From NCBI RefSeq assembly GCF_000017305.1, contig NC_009664.2, positions 630,001 to 662,000 on the forward strand: a DNA stretch of 32,000 bases, given 5' to 3'. Origin of the DNA: Kineococcus radiotolerans SRS30216 = ATCC BAA-149 (lineage in GTDB: Bacteria > Actinomycetota > Actinomycetes > Actinomycetales > Kineococcaceae). Below, piece after piece: positions 15,841 through 23,294 of the stretch; the first letter of the stretch is position 1, and each line of letters starts with the position of its first letter. The position numbers and the translations under genes are program-made. Below the pieces are notes generated by a model. That model saw only the letters and a program-made list of their open reading frames with translations. It made no database searches and had not been told where the DNA came from.

Positions 15841-17870
15841 CGGTCCTCCTCGCTGGGGGCGGGACCGAAGGTCCCGCGCCGGACGAGGCCGGGGGCGGCG
15901 CGCTCCGCGCGGTCCTCCAGGCCCTCCGAGCTGCTCAGCTGCCAGGGGACGCTGGCCACCATCACCCCCGGCTGGTAGCGCAACCGGGCGCGCAGGCGCA
16001 GGGCGGACTGGTTGTGCAGCAGGGTCTCCCACCAGTGGCCGACGACGTACTCGGGGACGTAGACCACGACGAGGTCGCGGGGGTAGCGCTGCCGCAGGCC
16101 CTTGACGTGCTCCACGACCGGTCGCGTGATCTCCCGGTACGGGGAGTCGAGGACGGTCAGCGGCACGGGGACGCCGAGGGCCTCCCACCGCTGCTGCAGC
16201 GAGGCGGTCTCCTCCGGGTCCACGGCGACGGTCACCGCCTGCAGCTCGGTGGGCTTGGCCGCCCGGGCGAAGGCCAGCGCGCGCAGGGTCGGCTTGTGCA
16301 GCTTCGAGACCAGCACCACCGCCCGCACGCCGGTGGGCAGCGCCTTGGCCTTCGCGGTCTCGCTGATCTCCAGCTCGCGGGCCACCGAGGTGTAGTGGCG
16401 GCGGATGAGCTTCATGTTCGCGAACACGAAGACCATCGCCAGGATGGCGATGTAGGCGCCCTGGGTGAACTTCGTCAGCAGGACGATGACCAGGACCAGG
16501 CCCGTCAGGCCCAGGCCGACGGAGTTGATGACCCGCGAGCGCCGCATCTGGGCCCGGCGGGCGGGGTCGGTCTCGGTGCGCAGGTGCCGGGTCCAGTGCC
16601 GGACCATGCCGGTCTGGCTCATCGTGAAGGACACGAAGACCCCCACGATGTAGAGCTGGATGAGGCGGGTGACCTCGGCGTCGTAGGCGACGATGAGGAC
16701 GATGGCCGCCACCGCCAGGGCGATGATGCCGTTGGAGAAGGCCAGCCGGTCGCCCCGGGTGTGCAGCTGCTTGGGCAGGAAGCCGTCGCGGGCAAGGATC
16801 GAGCCGAGCACGGGGAAGCCGTTGAACGCGGTGTTCGCGGCCAGCACCAGGATGACGCCGGTGGCGGCGGTGACGACGTAGAAGGCCACCGGCAGGTGGT
16901 CGAAGACGGTCGCGGCGAGCTGGCCGATGATGGGGTCCTGGACGTAGCTGTCGCCCACGGGCACGCCGTCGCGCAGCAGCTGGGTGGCGGGGTCCTCGGC
17001 GAAGCGGACCCCGGTGGCGCGGGCCAGCGCGACGATGCTCACGAGCATCGTGACGCTGGTCAGGCCGAGCAGCAGCAGGGTCGTGGCTGCGTTCTTGCTC
17101 TTGGGCTTCTGGAACGCCGGCACCCCGTTGCTGATGGCCTCCACCCCGGTGAGGGCGGCGGCGCCGGAGGAGAAGGCCCGCAGGATCAGGAACGCCCCGG
17201 CGACGCTGGTCAGGCCACCGGAGATGTCGTGCTCGGCGGCCAGCCCCAGGGAGGCGCTGGGCGCGTCGGGCAGGTCCCCGAACAGCAGCCGCACCAGCCC
17301 GTAGACCGCCATCCCGAGGATGGAGAACATGAAGATGTAGGTGGGGATCGCGAACGCGGCGCCGCTCTCGCGCAGCCCGCGCAGGTTCGCTGACATCAGC
17401 AGCAGCACGAGGGCCACCGCGAACAGGGCCTCGTGCCCGCGCAGCGCGGGGATCGCCGCGGCGGCGTACTGGGCCCCCGAGGAGATCGACACGGCCACGG
17501 TGAGGACGTAGTCGACCAGCAGCGCGCTGCCCACCGTCAGCCCCGCGTTGGGCCCCAGGTTGACCGTCGCGACCTCGTAGTCCCCGCCCCCGGAGGGGTA
17601 GGCGTGCACGTTCTGCCGGTAGGAGGCCACGACGACGAACATGACGAGCACGACGGCGCCCACGATCCACGGCGAGAACACGTAGGCCGCGATCCCGGCG
17701 ATGGAGAGGGTCAGGAAGATCTCGTCGGGTGCGTAGGCCACCGAGCTCAGCGCGTCGGAGGCGAAGACGGGCAGCGCGATGCGTTTCGGCAGCAGCGTCT
17801 CGGACAGTCGTTCGCTGCGGAACGGCCGCCCGACGAGTACGCGCTTGACCGCGTCCGTCAGAGAGGGCAC
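15837..17870 (-). CDS. APC-superfamily permease with a cytoplasmic C-terminal extension of about 200 aa (677 aa)
   Basis: VPSLTDAVKRVLVGRPFRSERLSETLLPKRIALPVFASDALSSVAYAPDEI... is followed by about 12 hydrophobic helices and then a soluble tail. The architecture and position match the permease next to trkA genes in actinobacteria (recalled: Rv2690c). Confidence 0.85.
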   Translation of the reverse strand: MPSLTDAVKRVLVGRPFRSERLSETLLPKRIALPVFASDALSSVAYAPDEIFLTLSIAGIAAYVFSPWIVGAVVLVMFVVVASYRQNVHAYPSGGGDYEVATVNLGPNAGLTVGSALLVDYVLTVAVSISSGAQYAAAAIPALRGHEALFAVALVLLLMSANLRGLRESGAAFAIPTYIFMFSILGMAVYGLVRLLFGDLPDAPSASLGLAAEHDISGGLTSVAGAFLILRAFSSGAAALTGVEAISNGVPAFQKPKSKNAATTLLLLGLTSVTMLVSIVALARATGVRFAEDPATQLLRDGVPVGDSYVQDPIIGQLAATVFDHLPVAFYVVTAATGVILVLAANTAFNGFPVLGSILARDGFLPKQLHTRGDRLAFSNGIIALAVAAIVLIVAYDAEVTRLIQLYIVGVFVSFTMSQTGMVRHWTRHLRTETDPARRAQMRRSRVINSVGLGLTGLVLVIVLLTKFTQGAYIAILAMVFVFANMKLIRRHYTSVARELEISETAKAKALPTGVRAVVLVSKLHKPTLRALAFARAAKPTELQAVTVAVDPEETASLQQRWEALGVPVPLTVLDSPYREITRPVVEHVKGLRQRYPRDLVVVYVPEYVVGHWWETLLHNQSALRLRARLRYQPGVMVASVPWQLSSSEGLEDRAERAAPGLVRRGTFGPAPSEEDR

Positions 17871-17942
17871 GTGTCCAGATGGTAGGTGCTGCGCCGGTGT
17901 GCGCCGCGCCCGACCGCCGCGGGAGGAGGTAGCGTTTCCGGC

Positions 17943-18608
17943 GTGCACTTCGTGATCATGGGCTGCGGCCGGGTGGGCTCGAGCCTGGCGGTCACCGTCG
18001 AGCAGCGCGGGCACAGCGTGGCCGTCATCGACCAGAACGCCGACGCCTTCCGCCGCCTGGGCCCGACCTTCGCCGGCCGCCGCGTGACGGGGGTGGGCTT
18101 CGACCACGACACCCTCGTCGAGGCGGGCATCCACGAGGCCGGCGCCTTCGCCGCGGTGTCCTCCGGCGACAACTCCAACATCCTCGCCGCCCGCGTGGCG
18201 CGGGAGAAGTTCGACGTCGACAACGTCGTGGCCCGCATCTACGACCCCGGCCGGGCCGAGATCTACGAGCGGCTGGGCATCCCCACCATCGCCACCGTCC
18301 GCTGGACCGCCGACCAGGTCCTGCGCCGCCTGGTGCCCCAGGGGGCGCTGAGCGAGTTCCGCGACCCCTCCGGGCGTGTCGTGCTCGTCGAGACCATCGT
18401 CCACGAGGGCTGGACCGGCCGTCCGCTGTCCGCGCTGGAGGCCGCGGCCGGGGTGCGGGTGGCCTACGTGACGCGGCTGGGCCAGGGGATCGTCCCCACC
18501 CGGGGCATGGCCTTCCAGGACGGCGACGTGGTGCACGTCGTCGTCGCCGACGAACGGCTGGGGCAGGCCACCGCCCTGCTCGCCGCCGCTCCCGAGGGGG
18601 ACTCCTGA
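17943..18608 (+). CDS. trkA: TrkA-type RCK protein (NAD-binding TrkA_N plus TrkA_C), 221 aa
   Basis: VHFVIMGCGRVGSSLA is the Rossmann GxGxxG motif, followed by ...SSGDNSNILAARVA.... The start is set at GTG 17943, which is the typical family N-terminus. Confidence 0.85.
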   Translation: MHFVIMGCGRVGSSLAVTVEQRGHSVAVIDQNADAFRRLGPTFAGRRVTGVGFDHDTLVEAGIHEAGAFAAVSSGDNSNILAARVAREKFDVDNVVARIYDPGRAEIYERLGIPTIATVRWTADQVLRRLVPQGALSEFRDPSGRVVLVETIVHEGWTGRPLSALEAAAGVRVAYVTRLGQGIVPTRGMAFQDGDVVHVVVADERLGQATALLAAAPEGDS

Positions 18609-19267
18609 TGCGCGTGGTCATCGCCGGCGCCGGCATCGTCGGCCGGTCCATCGCCCGCGAGCTGCTCGGGAACGGCCACCGCGTGCTGCTCATCGACCGC
18701 AGCCCCGCCGCCATGAAGATCACCAGCGTGCCCGACGCCCAGTGGCTGCTGGCCGACGCCTGCGAGATCGTCAGCCTCGACGAGGCCGAGCTCGCCGACT
18801 GCGACGTCGTGGTGGCCGCGACCGGCGACGACAAGGCGAACCTCGTCGTGTCGCTGCTGGCCAAGACCGAGTACGGCGTCCCGCGCACGGTGGCGCGGGT
18901 GAACAACCCCAAGAACGAGTGGCTCTTCGACGAGGCGTGGGGCGTCGACGTGGCCGTGTCGACCCCGCGGCTCATGACGGCCCTGGTCGAGGAGGCCGTG
19001 AGCGTCGGCGAGCTCGTCCGCCTGTTCACCTTCCAGCAGGGGCGTTCCTCGCTGGCGGAGTACACCCTGCAGGGCGGGAGCTCGGTGATGGGGCGGACCG
19101 TCGGTGAGGTCACCTGGCCGGAGGACACCGTGCTGGTCGCGATCGTGCGGGCCGACCGCCCCCTGTCTCCCAGTCCCGACGACGTCCTGGAGGACGGGGA
19201 CCACCTGCTGTTCCTCTCGGTGCCCGACGCCGAGGCGGCCCTGCGGACGATGCTGGGCACCCCGTGA
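18608..19267 (+). CDS. trkA: Second TrkA-type RCK protein, 219 aa
   Basis: MRVVIAGAGIVGRSIARELL...ATGDDKANLVVSLLAK.... The ATG overlaps the stop of the first trkA (TGATG at 18606-18610). Confidence 0.85.
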   Translation: MRVVIAGAGIVGRSIARELLGNGHRVLLIDRSPAAMKITSVPDAQWLLADACEIVSLDEAELADCDVVVAATGDDKANLVVSLLAKTEYGVPRTVARVNNPKNEWLFDEAWGVDVAVSTPRLMTALVEEAVSVGELVRLFTFQQGRSSLAEYTLQGGSSVMGRTVGEVTWPEDTVLVAIVRADRPLSPSPDDVLEDGDHLLFLSVPDAEAALRTMLGTP

Positions 19268-19329
19268 CCGGGGCGACCCCCGGGGCCTGACCGGCCCGGG
19301 CGGCCCTCCCGGCGCGGAGCCGGGCGGGG

Positions 19330-19998
19330 TCAGTCCCGGGCGGTCGCCGGCCCCTCCGGCGGGGCGAGCGGGGTGCTCCCCCGGAGCAGGATCAGCCCGG
19401 CGATGGCCACCCCGGCCACCAGCAGCGGCCAGCCGAGGACGAGCTTGCTCACGGCGAGGGCCGTGGTGTTCCCGGCGAGGTAGAGCGGCAGTTGGACCGC
19501 CACCCGCAGCACGTAGCCGGCCAGCAGCAGCCCGGTGAGCTTCTGGCACAGCGCGACGACGCCGCGGTCGCGGCGCCAGGCCGTGGGGTCGTCGGTGACG
19601 GCGCCGACGACGAAGCCCACGACGGGCCAGCGGGCGACCATCGACACCGCGAAGACGACGGCGAGACCGAGGTTGACGAGGATGCCGGGCAGGAAGACGT
19701 CCTGCGCCCGGCCGGTGCGGGAGGCGATGAACGCCGCGACCGCCGTGGTGATGATGCCGCCCAGGACGTGCTGCAGGGTCTCGCGGCGGGCGATGCGCGC
19801 CACCAGCGCCACGAGCAGGACGGCGAGGGAGGCACCGACCGACACCAGCAGGTCGTGGGTGACGATCCAGCCCACGAGGAAGGCCAGCGCCGGAGCGGCG
19901 GAGTCGAGCACCCCGCGCCAGCCGCCCAGGGCCGAGGACAACCGCTGCCGGACGAGGTCCTCGACGGTCGCGGGCGGCGCGGGCGGCGGAGCGCTCAC
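19330..19998 (-). CDS. DUF3159-like integral membrane protein (222 aa)
   Basis: It has several hydrophobic helices (AFLVGWIVTHDLLV..., ILVNLGLAVVFAVSMVARWPVVGFVVGAV...). Its position after trkA matches Rv2693c as recalled. The GTG start overlaps the upstream stop as GTGA at 19995-19998. Confidence 0.7.
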   Translation of the reverse strand: MSAPPPAPPATVEDLVRQRLSSALGGWRGVLDSAAPALAFLVGWIVTHDLLVSVGASLAVLLVALVARIARRETLQHVLGGIITTAVAAFIASRTGRAQDVFLPGILVNLGLAVVFAVSMVARWPVVGFVVGAVTDDPTAWRRDRGVVALCQKLTGLLLAGYVLRVAVQLPLYLAGNTTALAVSKLVLGWPLLVAGVAIAGLILLRGSTPLAPPEGPATARD

Positions 19999-20396
19999 GC
20001 CTTCTCGGAGCAGAGGAGCTCGTAGACCGGGTTGAAGATGACCCGCTGGCCGTCGTCGCAGGCGACGAGGCCCTGGGCCTTGACCCGCCGGCCGACCTCG
20101 ACCCCGGCGATCCGGCGACGGCCCAGCCACACCAGGGACACCGACCCGGAGCCGTCGAACAGCTCGGCCTCCAGCGCCGGGACCCCGCCGCGCGGGCGCA
20201 GCGTCACCGAGCGCAGGGTCCCGCACAGGCAGGCCCGGGTGCGGTCGGGGACCTGCCCGCACGGGGTGCCCCCGTGGCGGACGGCGTCCTCCTGGGCCTC
20301 CTCGGCGGCCAGGTCGGACTCGGAGGCGGTGAAACGCGCGAGCGCACGCCGCCACAGCGGCGCGCTCAGCACTGAGGACTTCGACACGGCACCCAC
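19995..20396 (-). CDS. OB-fold domain protein (133 aa)
   Basis: ...LRSVTLRPRGGVPALEAELFDGSGSVSLVWLGRRRIAGVEVGRRVKAQGLV...FNPVYELL resembles the conserved actinobacterial OB-fold protein (recalled: Rv2694c). GAAGGGG lies 6 nt upstream of GTG 20396. Confidence 0.7.
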   Translation of the reverse strand: MGAVSKSSVLSAPLWRRALARFTASESDLAAEEAQEDAVRHGGTPCGQVPDRTRACLCGTLRSVTLRPRGGVPALEAELFDGSGSVSLVWLGRRRIAGVEVGRRVKAQGLVACDDGQRVIFNPVYELLCSEKA

Positions 20397-20452
20397 GATA
20401 GGCCCCTTCAGGACGACTGCGGTTCCAACGTCACCCGTCGCGACGGTGTTCC

Positions 20453-21280
20453 TCAGCGCACCTCAGTGATCTCGGGTCCGCGCTCGAAGGGCTTGAGCTC
20501 CTCCTGCCCCTCGCGCGGGGCCGGTCCGGGCGCCGCGGCGGCGGGGGCGCCGGGCTGGGGGGGCAGCGAGAGCGGGATCAGCTCGCGGGGGGCCATCGCC
20601 TCGGAGCCGCGGACGACGACGACGTCGCGCACCACGGACTCCAGCTCCGCGGCCGCGGCCGGGTCGTGGGCGGCGGGACCGGCGAACACCGCGCGCAGGA
20701 ACCAGCGGGGCCCGTCGACCCCGACGAAGCGGGTCGGCTGGTGGGCGGTGCGCCCGTCCTCGGTCCGCACCGGCAGGCGGCACAGCAGCTCGCGGCCCAG
20801 CGGGCCGTCCTGCTCCTCGGCGGCCCCGCCCTGGGCGGCGACGGCCGCGGCGATCTCCGTGCGGATCTCGTCCCAGACCCCGCTGCTGCGGGGGGCGGCG
20901 AAGGTCTGCAGCTGCACCGTCGACCCGTTCATCCCGATCGTCACGGCGATGACGCGCTGGGAGGCCTCCTCGACCTCGAAGCGCAGCTCCATGCCCTCCC
21001 GCCCGGCCACGCGCAGACCGCCCAGCGCCAGCCGCCCGTCCTCGTCCTCGACCTCGGCGGCGTCGAAGGGGCCGCCGGTGCGGTCGAAGGCCTCGGGGGC
21101 GACCGTGCGGGCGGGGGCGCCGGCCTCGGCGGCCGCGCGGGCCTCGGGGTCGTCCACGACCCCGGCGGCGGCCGAGGGGACCTCGGCCCCGCTCTCGGCG
21201 GTGGTGGCGCTCTCGGCACCGGCCGCCGACCCGTCCTGGACGGCGGACTCGGCGACCTTGCGGCGGCGGAACAGGCTCAC
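20453..21280 (-). CDS. DUF3710-like protein (275 aa)
   Basis: VSLFRRRK..., GPFDAAEV, LRFEVEEASQRVIAVTI, GPRWFLRAVFAGPAA and RGSEAMAPRELIPLSLP. Its position immediately downstream of dut matches Rv2696c as recalled. The GTG start overlaps the dut stop as GTGA at 21277-21280. Confidence 0.7.
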   Translation of the reverse strand: MSLFRRRKVAESAVQDGSAAGAESATTAESGAEVPSAAAGVVDDPEARAAAEAGAPARTVAPEAFDRTGGPFDAAEVEDEDGRLALGGLRVAGREGMELRFEVEEASQRVIAVTIGMNGSTVQLQTFAAPRSSGVWDEIRTEIAAAVAAQGGAAEEQDGPLGRELLCRLPVRTEDGRTAHQPTRFVGVDGPRWFLRAVFAGPAAHDPAAAAELESVVRDVVVVRGSEAMAPRELIPLSLPPQPGAPAAAAPGPAPREGQEELKPFERGPEITEVR

Positions 21281-21822
21281 GGTCGCTCCTCGGGGGTGAC
21301 GCTCGGGGTGGTGCTGGGAGTGGTGCCGACGGTCGGCCGGTGGGGGTGGAGGGCCTCGCTGCCCCCGGTGGAGCCGTGCCCCCCGGCGCCGCGGGCGGAT
21401 CCCGGCAGCTGCGGCACCGGCACGAACTCCACGCGCTCGACGCGCTGCACGACGAGCTGGGCGATGCGGTCCCCCGCGCGCAGCTCGACGGCCTCGCGCA
21501 GGTCGGTGTTGTGCAGGGTGACCCGGATCTCGCCGCGGTAGCCCGCGTCCACCGTCCCCGGCGCGTTCAGGGTGGTGAGACCGCGCTTGGCGGCCAGTCC
21601 CGAGCGCGGGACCACGAACGCCGCGTAGCCCGCCGGCAGGGCGATGGAGACCCCGGTGGGGACGTTGACCCGCTCCCCCGGCCCCACGACGACGTCGACG
21701 CGGGTGGTGAGGTCGGCGCCGGCATCGCCCGGGTGGGCGTAGGTCGGCAGCGCCTCGGGGACGGTGAGCACCGTCTGGACCGCGAGGGTCGGCTGGAGCT
21801 GGTCGGTCACGGGGCTGGACAC
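21277..21822 (-). CDS. dut: dUTP diphosphatase with a Thr/Pro-rich C-terminal tail of about 30 aa (181 aa)
   Basis: AHPGDAGADL, VPTGVSIALPAGYAAFVVPRSGLA, LNAPGTVDAGYRGEI, GDRIAQLVV and GHGSTG are the five dUTPase motifs. The start is GTG 21822; 21810 is an alternative. Confidence 0.92.
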   Translation of the reverse strand: MSSPVTDQLQPTLAVQTVLTVPEALPTYAHPGDAGADLTTRVDVVVGPGERVNVPTGVSIALPAGYAAFVVPRSGLAAKRGLTTLNAPGTVDAGYRGEIRVTLHNTDLREAVELRAGDRIAQLVVQRVERVEFVPVPQLPGSARGAGGHGSTGGSEALHPHRPTVGTTPSTTPSVTPEERP

Positions 21823-21855
21823 TACCGGTGCCCCCGCGCGTGCGACCCTGAGCCG

Positions 21856-22329
21856 GTGCAGAGCGTGGTGCGGGAGACGGGGTGGGACGGCCGCGAGCGG
21901 TGGTGGCCGGCGGTCACGACCTGGCTGTCGTGGTTGCCCGCGGTCTTCGGGGGCGCGCTGGTCGCGCTGCCGATCTGGGGTCCGCGGGGCGCGCTCGTCG
22001 GGGCGCTCCTCGGCGCCGCGCTGGCCGTGGGCGTGCTCCTCAGCCTCGCCTGGACCACGAGCCTGACCGACACCGAGTTCCGGGTCGGGCGGGCCCGGCT
22101 GCCGCTCGACGTCGTCGACGGGGTCGACGTCGTCGCGCGCGGGGAGCGCCGCGCGGCGCTGGGGCCGGGGCTGGACGCCCGGGCCCACCTGGCGATCCGG
22201 TCGTGGATCCCGACGGCGGTGCGGATCCACCTCGCCGACCCCCACGACCCCACGCCCTACTGGGTGGTCTCGACCCGCCACCCGCAGCGGCTGGCCGCGG
22301 AGATCAGGCGGCGCAGTCGCTGCAGATGA
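21856..22329 (+). CDS. DUF3093-like membrane protein (about 157 aa)
   Basis: This is the tail of track ORF 21340..22329. It reads ...ERWWPAVTTWLSWLPAVFGGALVALPIW...ALLGAALAVGVLLSLAW...FRVGRARLPLD...PYWVVSTRHPQRLA, with two TM helices. Divergent from dut, as Rv2698 is (recalled). The start is uncertain (GTG at 21856, 21865 or 21868). Confidence 0.65.
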   Translation: MQSVVRETGWDGRERWWPAVTTWLSWLPAVFGGALVALPIWGPRGALVGALLGAALAVGVLLSLAWTTSLTDTEFRVGRARLPLDVVDGVDVVARGERRAALGPGLDARAHLAIRSWIPTAVRIHLADPHDPTPYWVVSTRHPQRLAAEIRRRSRCR

Positions 22330-22603
22330 TGCGCCCGTCCGGCTGCTCGTGCAGCTGGCTGCGGTGCACCACCAGGAAGCAGCTGGTGCAGGTGAACTCG
22401 TCCTGCTGGCGCGGGAGGACCCGCACCGACAGCTCCTCGTTGGACAGGTCGGCCCCGGGCAGCTCGAAGCCCTCGGCCGCCTCCGTCTCGTCCTCGTCGA
22501 CGGCGCCCGAGCTCTTGTCCGTGCGACGGGCCTTGAGCTCCTCGATGGAGTCCTCGTTCAGCTCGTCGTCGTTCTTGCGCGGTGCGTCGTAGTCGGTCGC
22601 CAT
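22304..22603 (-). CDS. DUF4193-like small acidic protein with a C-terminal CxxC...CxxC (99 aa)
   Basis: MATDYDAPRKNDDELNEDSIEELKARR...EFTCTSCFLVVHRSQL...RIICSDCAA is a highly conserved actinobacterial protein (recalled: Rv2699c). GAGG lies 8 nt upstream of the ATG. Confidence 0.85.
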   Translation of the reverse strand: MATDYDAPRKNDDELNEDSIEELKARRTDKSSGAVDEDETEAAEGFELPGADLSNEELSVRVLPRQQDEFTCTSCFLVVHRSQLHEQPDGRIICSDCAA

Positions 22604-22869
22604 GACCCTGCCTCACACTCCATGCCGTCTCGTGGTGCGGTCACCGCCCTCGCGGTGCGGCGAGCCGGGCACCGCCCGTGCCCGGTCCACGCCCGCCCTC
22701 CGCGGGAGCGGTGCGGTCGAGCGAGCACGCATCATGACCTACCGGGGCGGGCGGTTCGAACCGGGGCGGGTCGCGGCACCACGACCACCCCAATGCCCGC
22801 ATCCGTCTCACGGTGCACATCCTCGCTCACGCAACGACTTTGGTCGTCCACGAACGGACACCCCGGGAG

Positions 22870-22898
22870 TTGGCCGGAGCGGCCCGGGCCCGTACTCT
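22870..22898 (+). promoter_or_regulatory. Sigma70 (HrdB)-like promoter candidate for the 22987 ORF
   Basis: TTGGCC (22870-22875), a 17-nt spacer, then TACTCT (22893-22898). This would give a leader of about 80 nt. Confidence 0.3.
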
Positions 22899-22986
22899 GA
22901 TCGCGTCCCCGCCGATCGGCCGCTCGTCCCACGCGTCCAGCGTCGGGCCGCGAGCGCCGGGCCCCCGAGCCGTCCAGGGAGGTGCC

Positions 22987-23250
22987 GTGCCCGTGCAGGA
23001 ACCCAGTCCCACCCCGTCGTTCGTGGCCGAACTGTCCGAGCGCGTCCAGAGGACGCGCGCCACCATCGACTCCGCCGCCGCCTCGGGCGACGACGACCTC
23101 GCCCAGGCGTTCTTGGACGACCTCGAGGCCCTCGTGGACCTCGCCGCCGCGCACGACGTCGCGCTGCCCGACACCGTCGCCTACCTCGCCGACCACCAGT
23201 CCGGACGGGTCCTCGACCTGCGGTCCGGGGCGGAGTGCGCGACGGCTTGA
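22987..23250 (+). CDS. Hypothetical small acidic protein (87 aa)
   Basis: AGGGAGG lies 4 nt upstream of GTG 22987. VPVQEPSPTPSFVAELSERVQRTRATIDSAAASGDDDLAQAFLDDLEALVDLAAAHD... has high GC3. The upstream part of track ORF 22813..23250 has low GC3. Confidence 0.55.
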   Translation: MPVQEPSPTPSFVAELSERVQRTRATIDSAAASGDDDLAQAFLDDLEALVDLAAAHDVALPDTVAYLADHQSGRVLDLRSGAECATA

Positions 23251-23261
23251 GCCGGTCCCGG

Positions 23262-23294
23262 GCCTGACCCTCCACCTCGGGTGGAGGGTCAGGC
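23262..23294. terminator. Bidirectional terminator hairpin between convergent genes
   Basis: GCCTGACCCTCCACC (23262-23276) and GGTGGAGGGTCAGGC (23280-23294) form a perfect 15-bp stem with a 3-nt loop. It overlaps the suhB stop codon (23289-23291). Confidence 0.65.

Noticed and set aside
14488-18536. Track ORFs 14488..17670 (1060 aa) and 15837..18536 (899 aa).
   Set aside because: Both are real genes (methyltransferase and APC permease) with spurious N-terminal extensions that read through the upstream gene in another frame. The true starts are supported by the GTGA overlap at 15837-15840 and by the typical family N-terminus at 17870.
22741-22790. GGTTCGAACC, followed later by ...GGCACCA, looked like a tRNA T-loop and CCA end.
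   Set aside because: The flanking bases do not form a 5-bp T-stem. On either strand I could fold no acceptor, D or anticodon arms. The element is a simple 12-nt palindrome.
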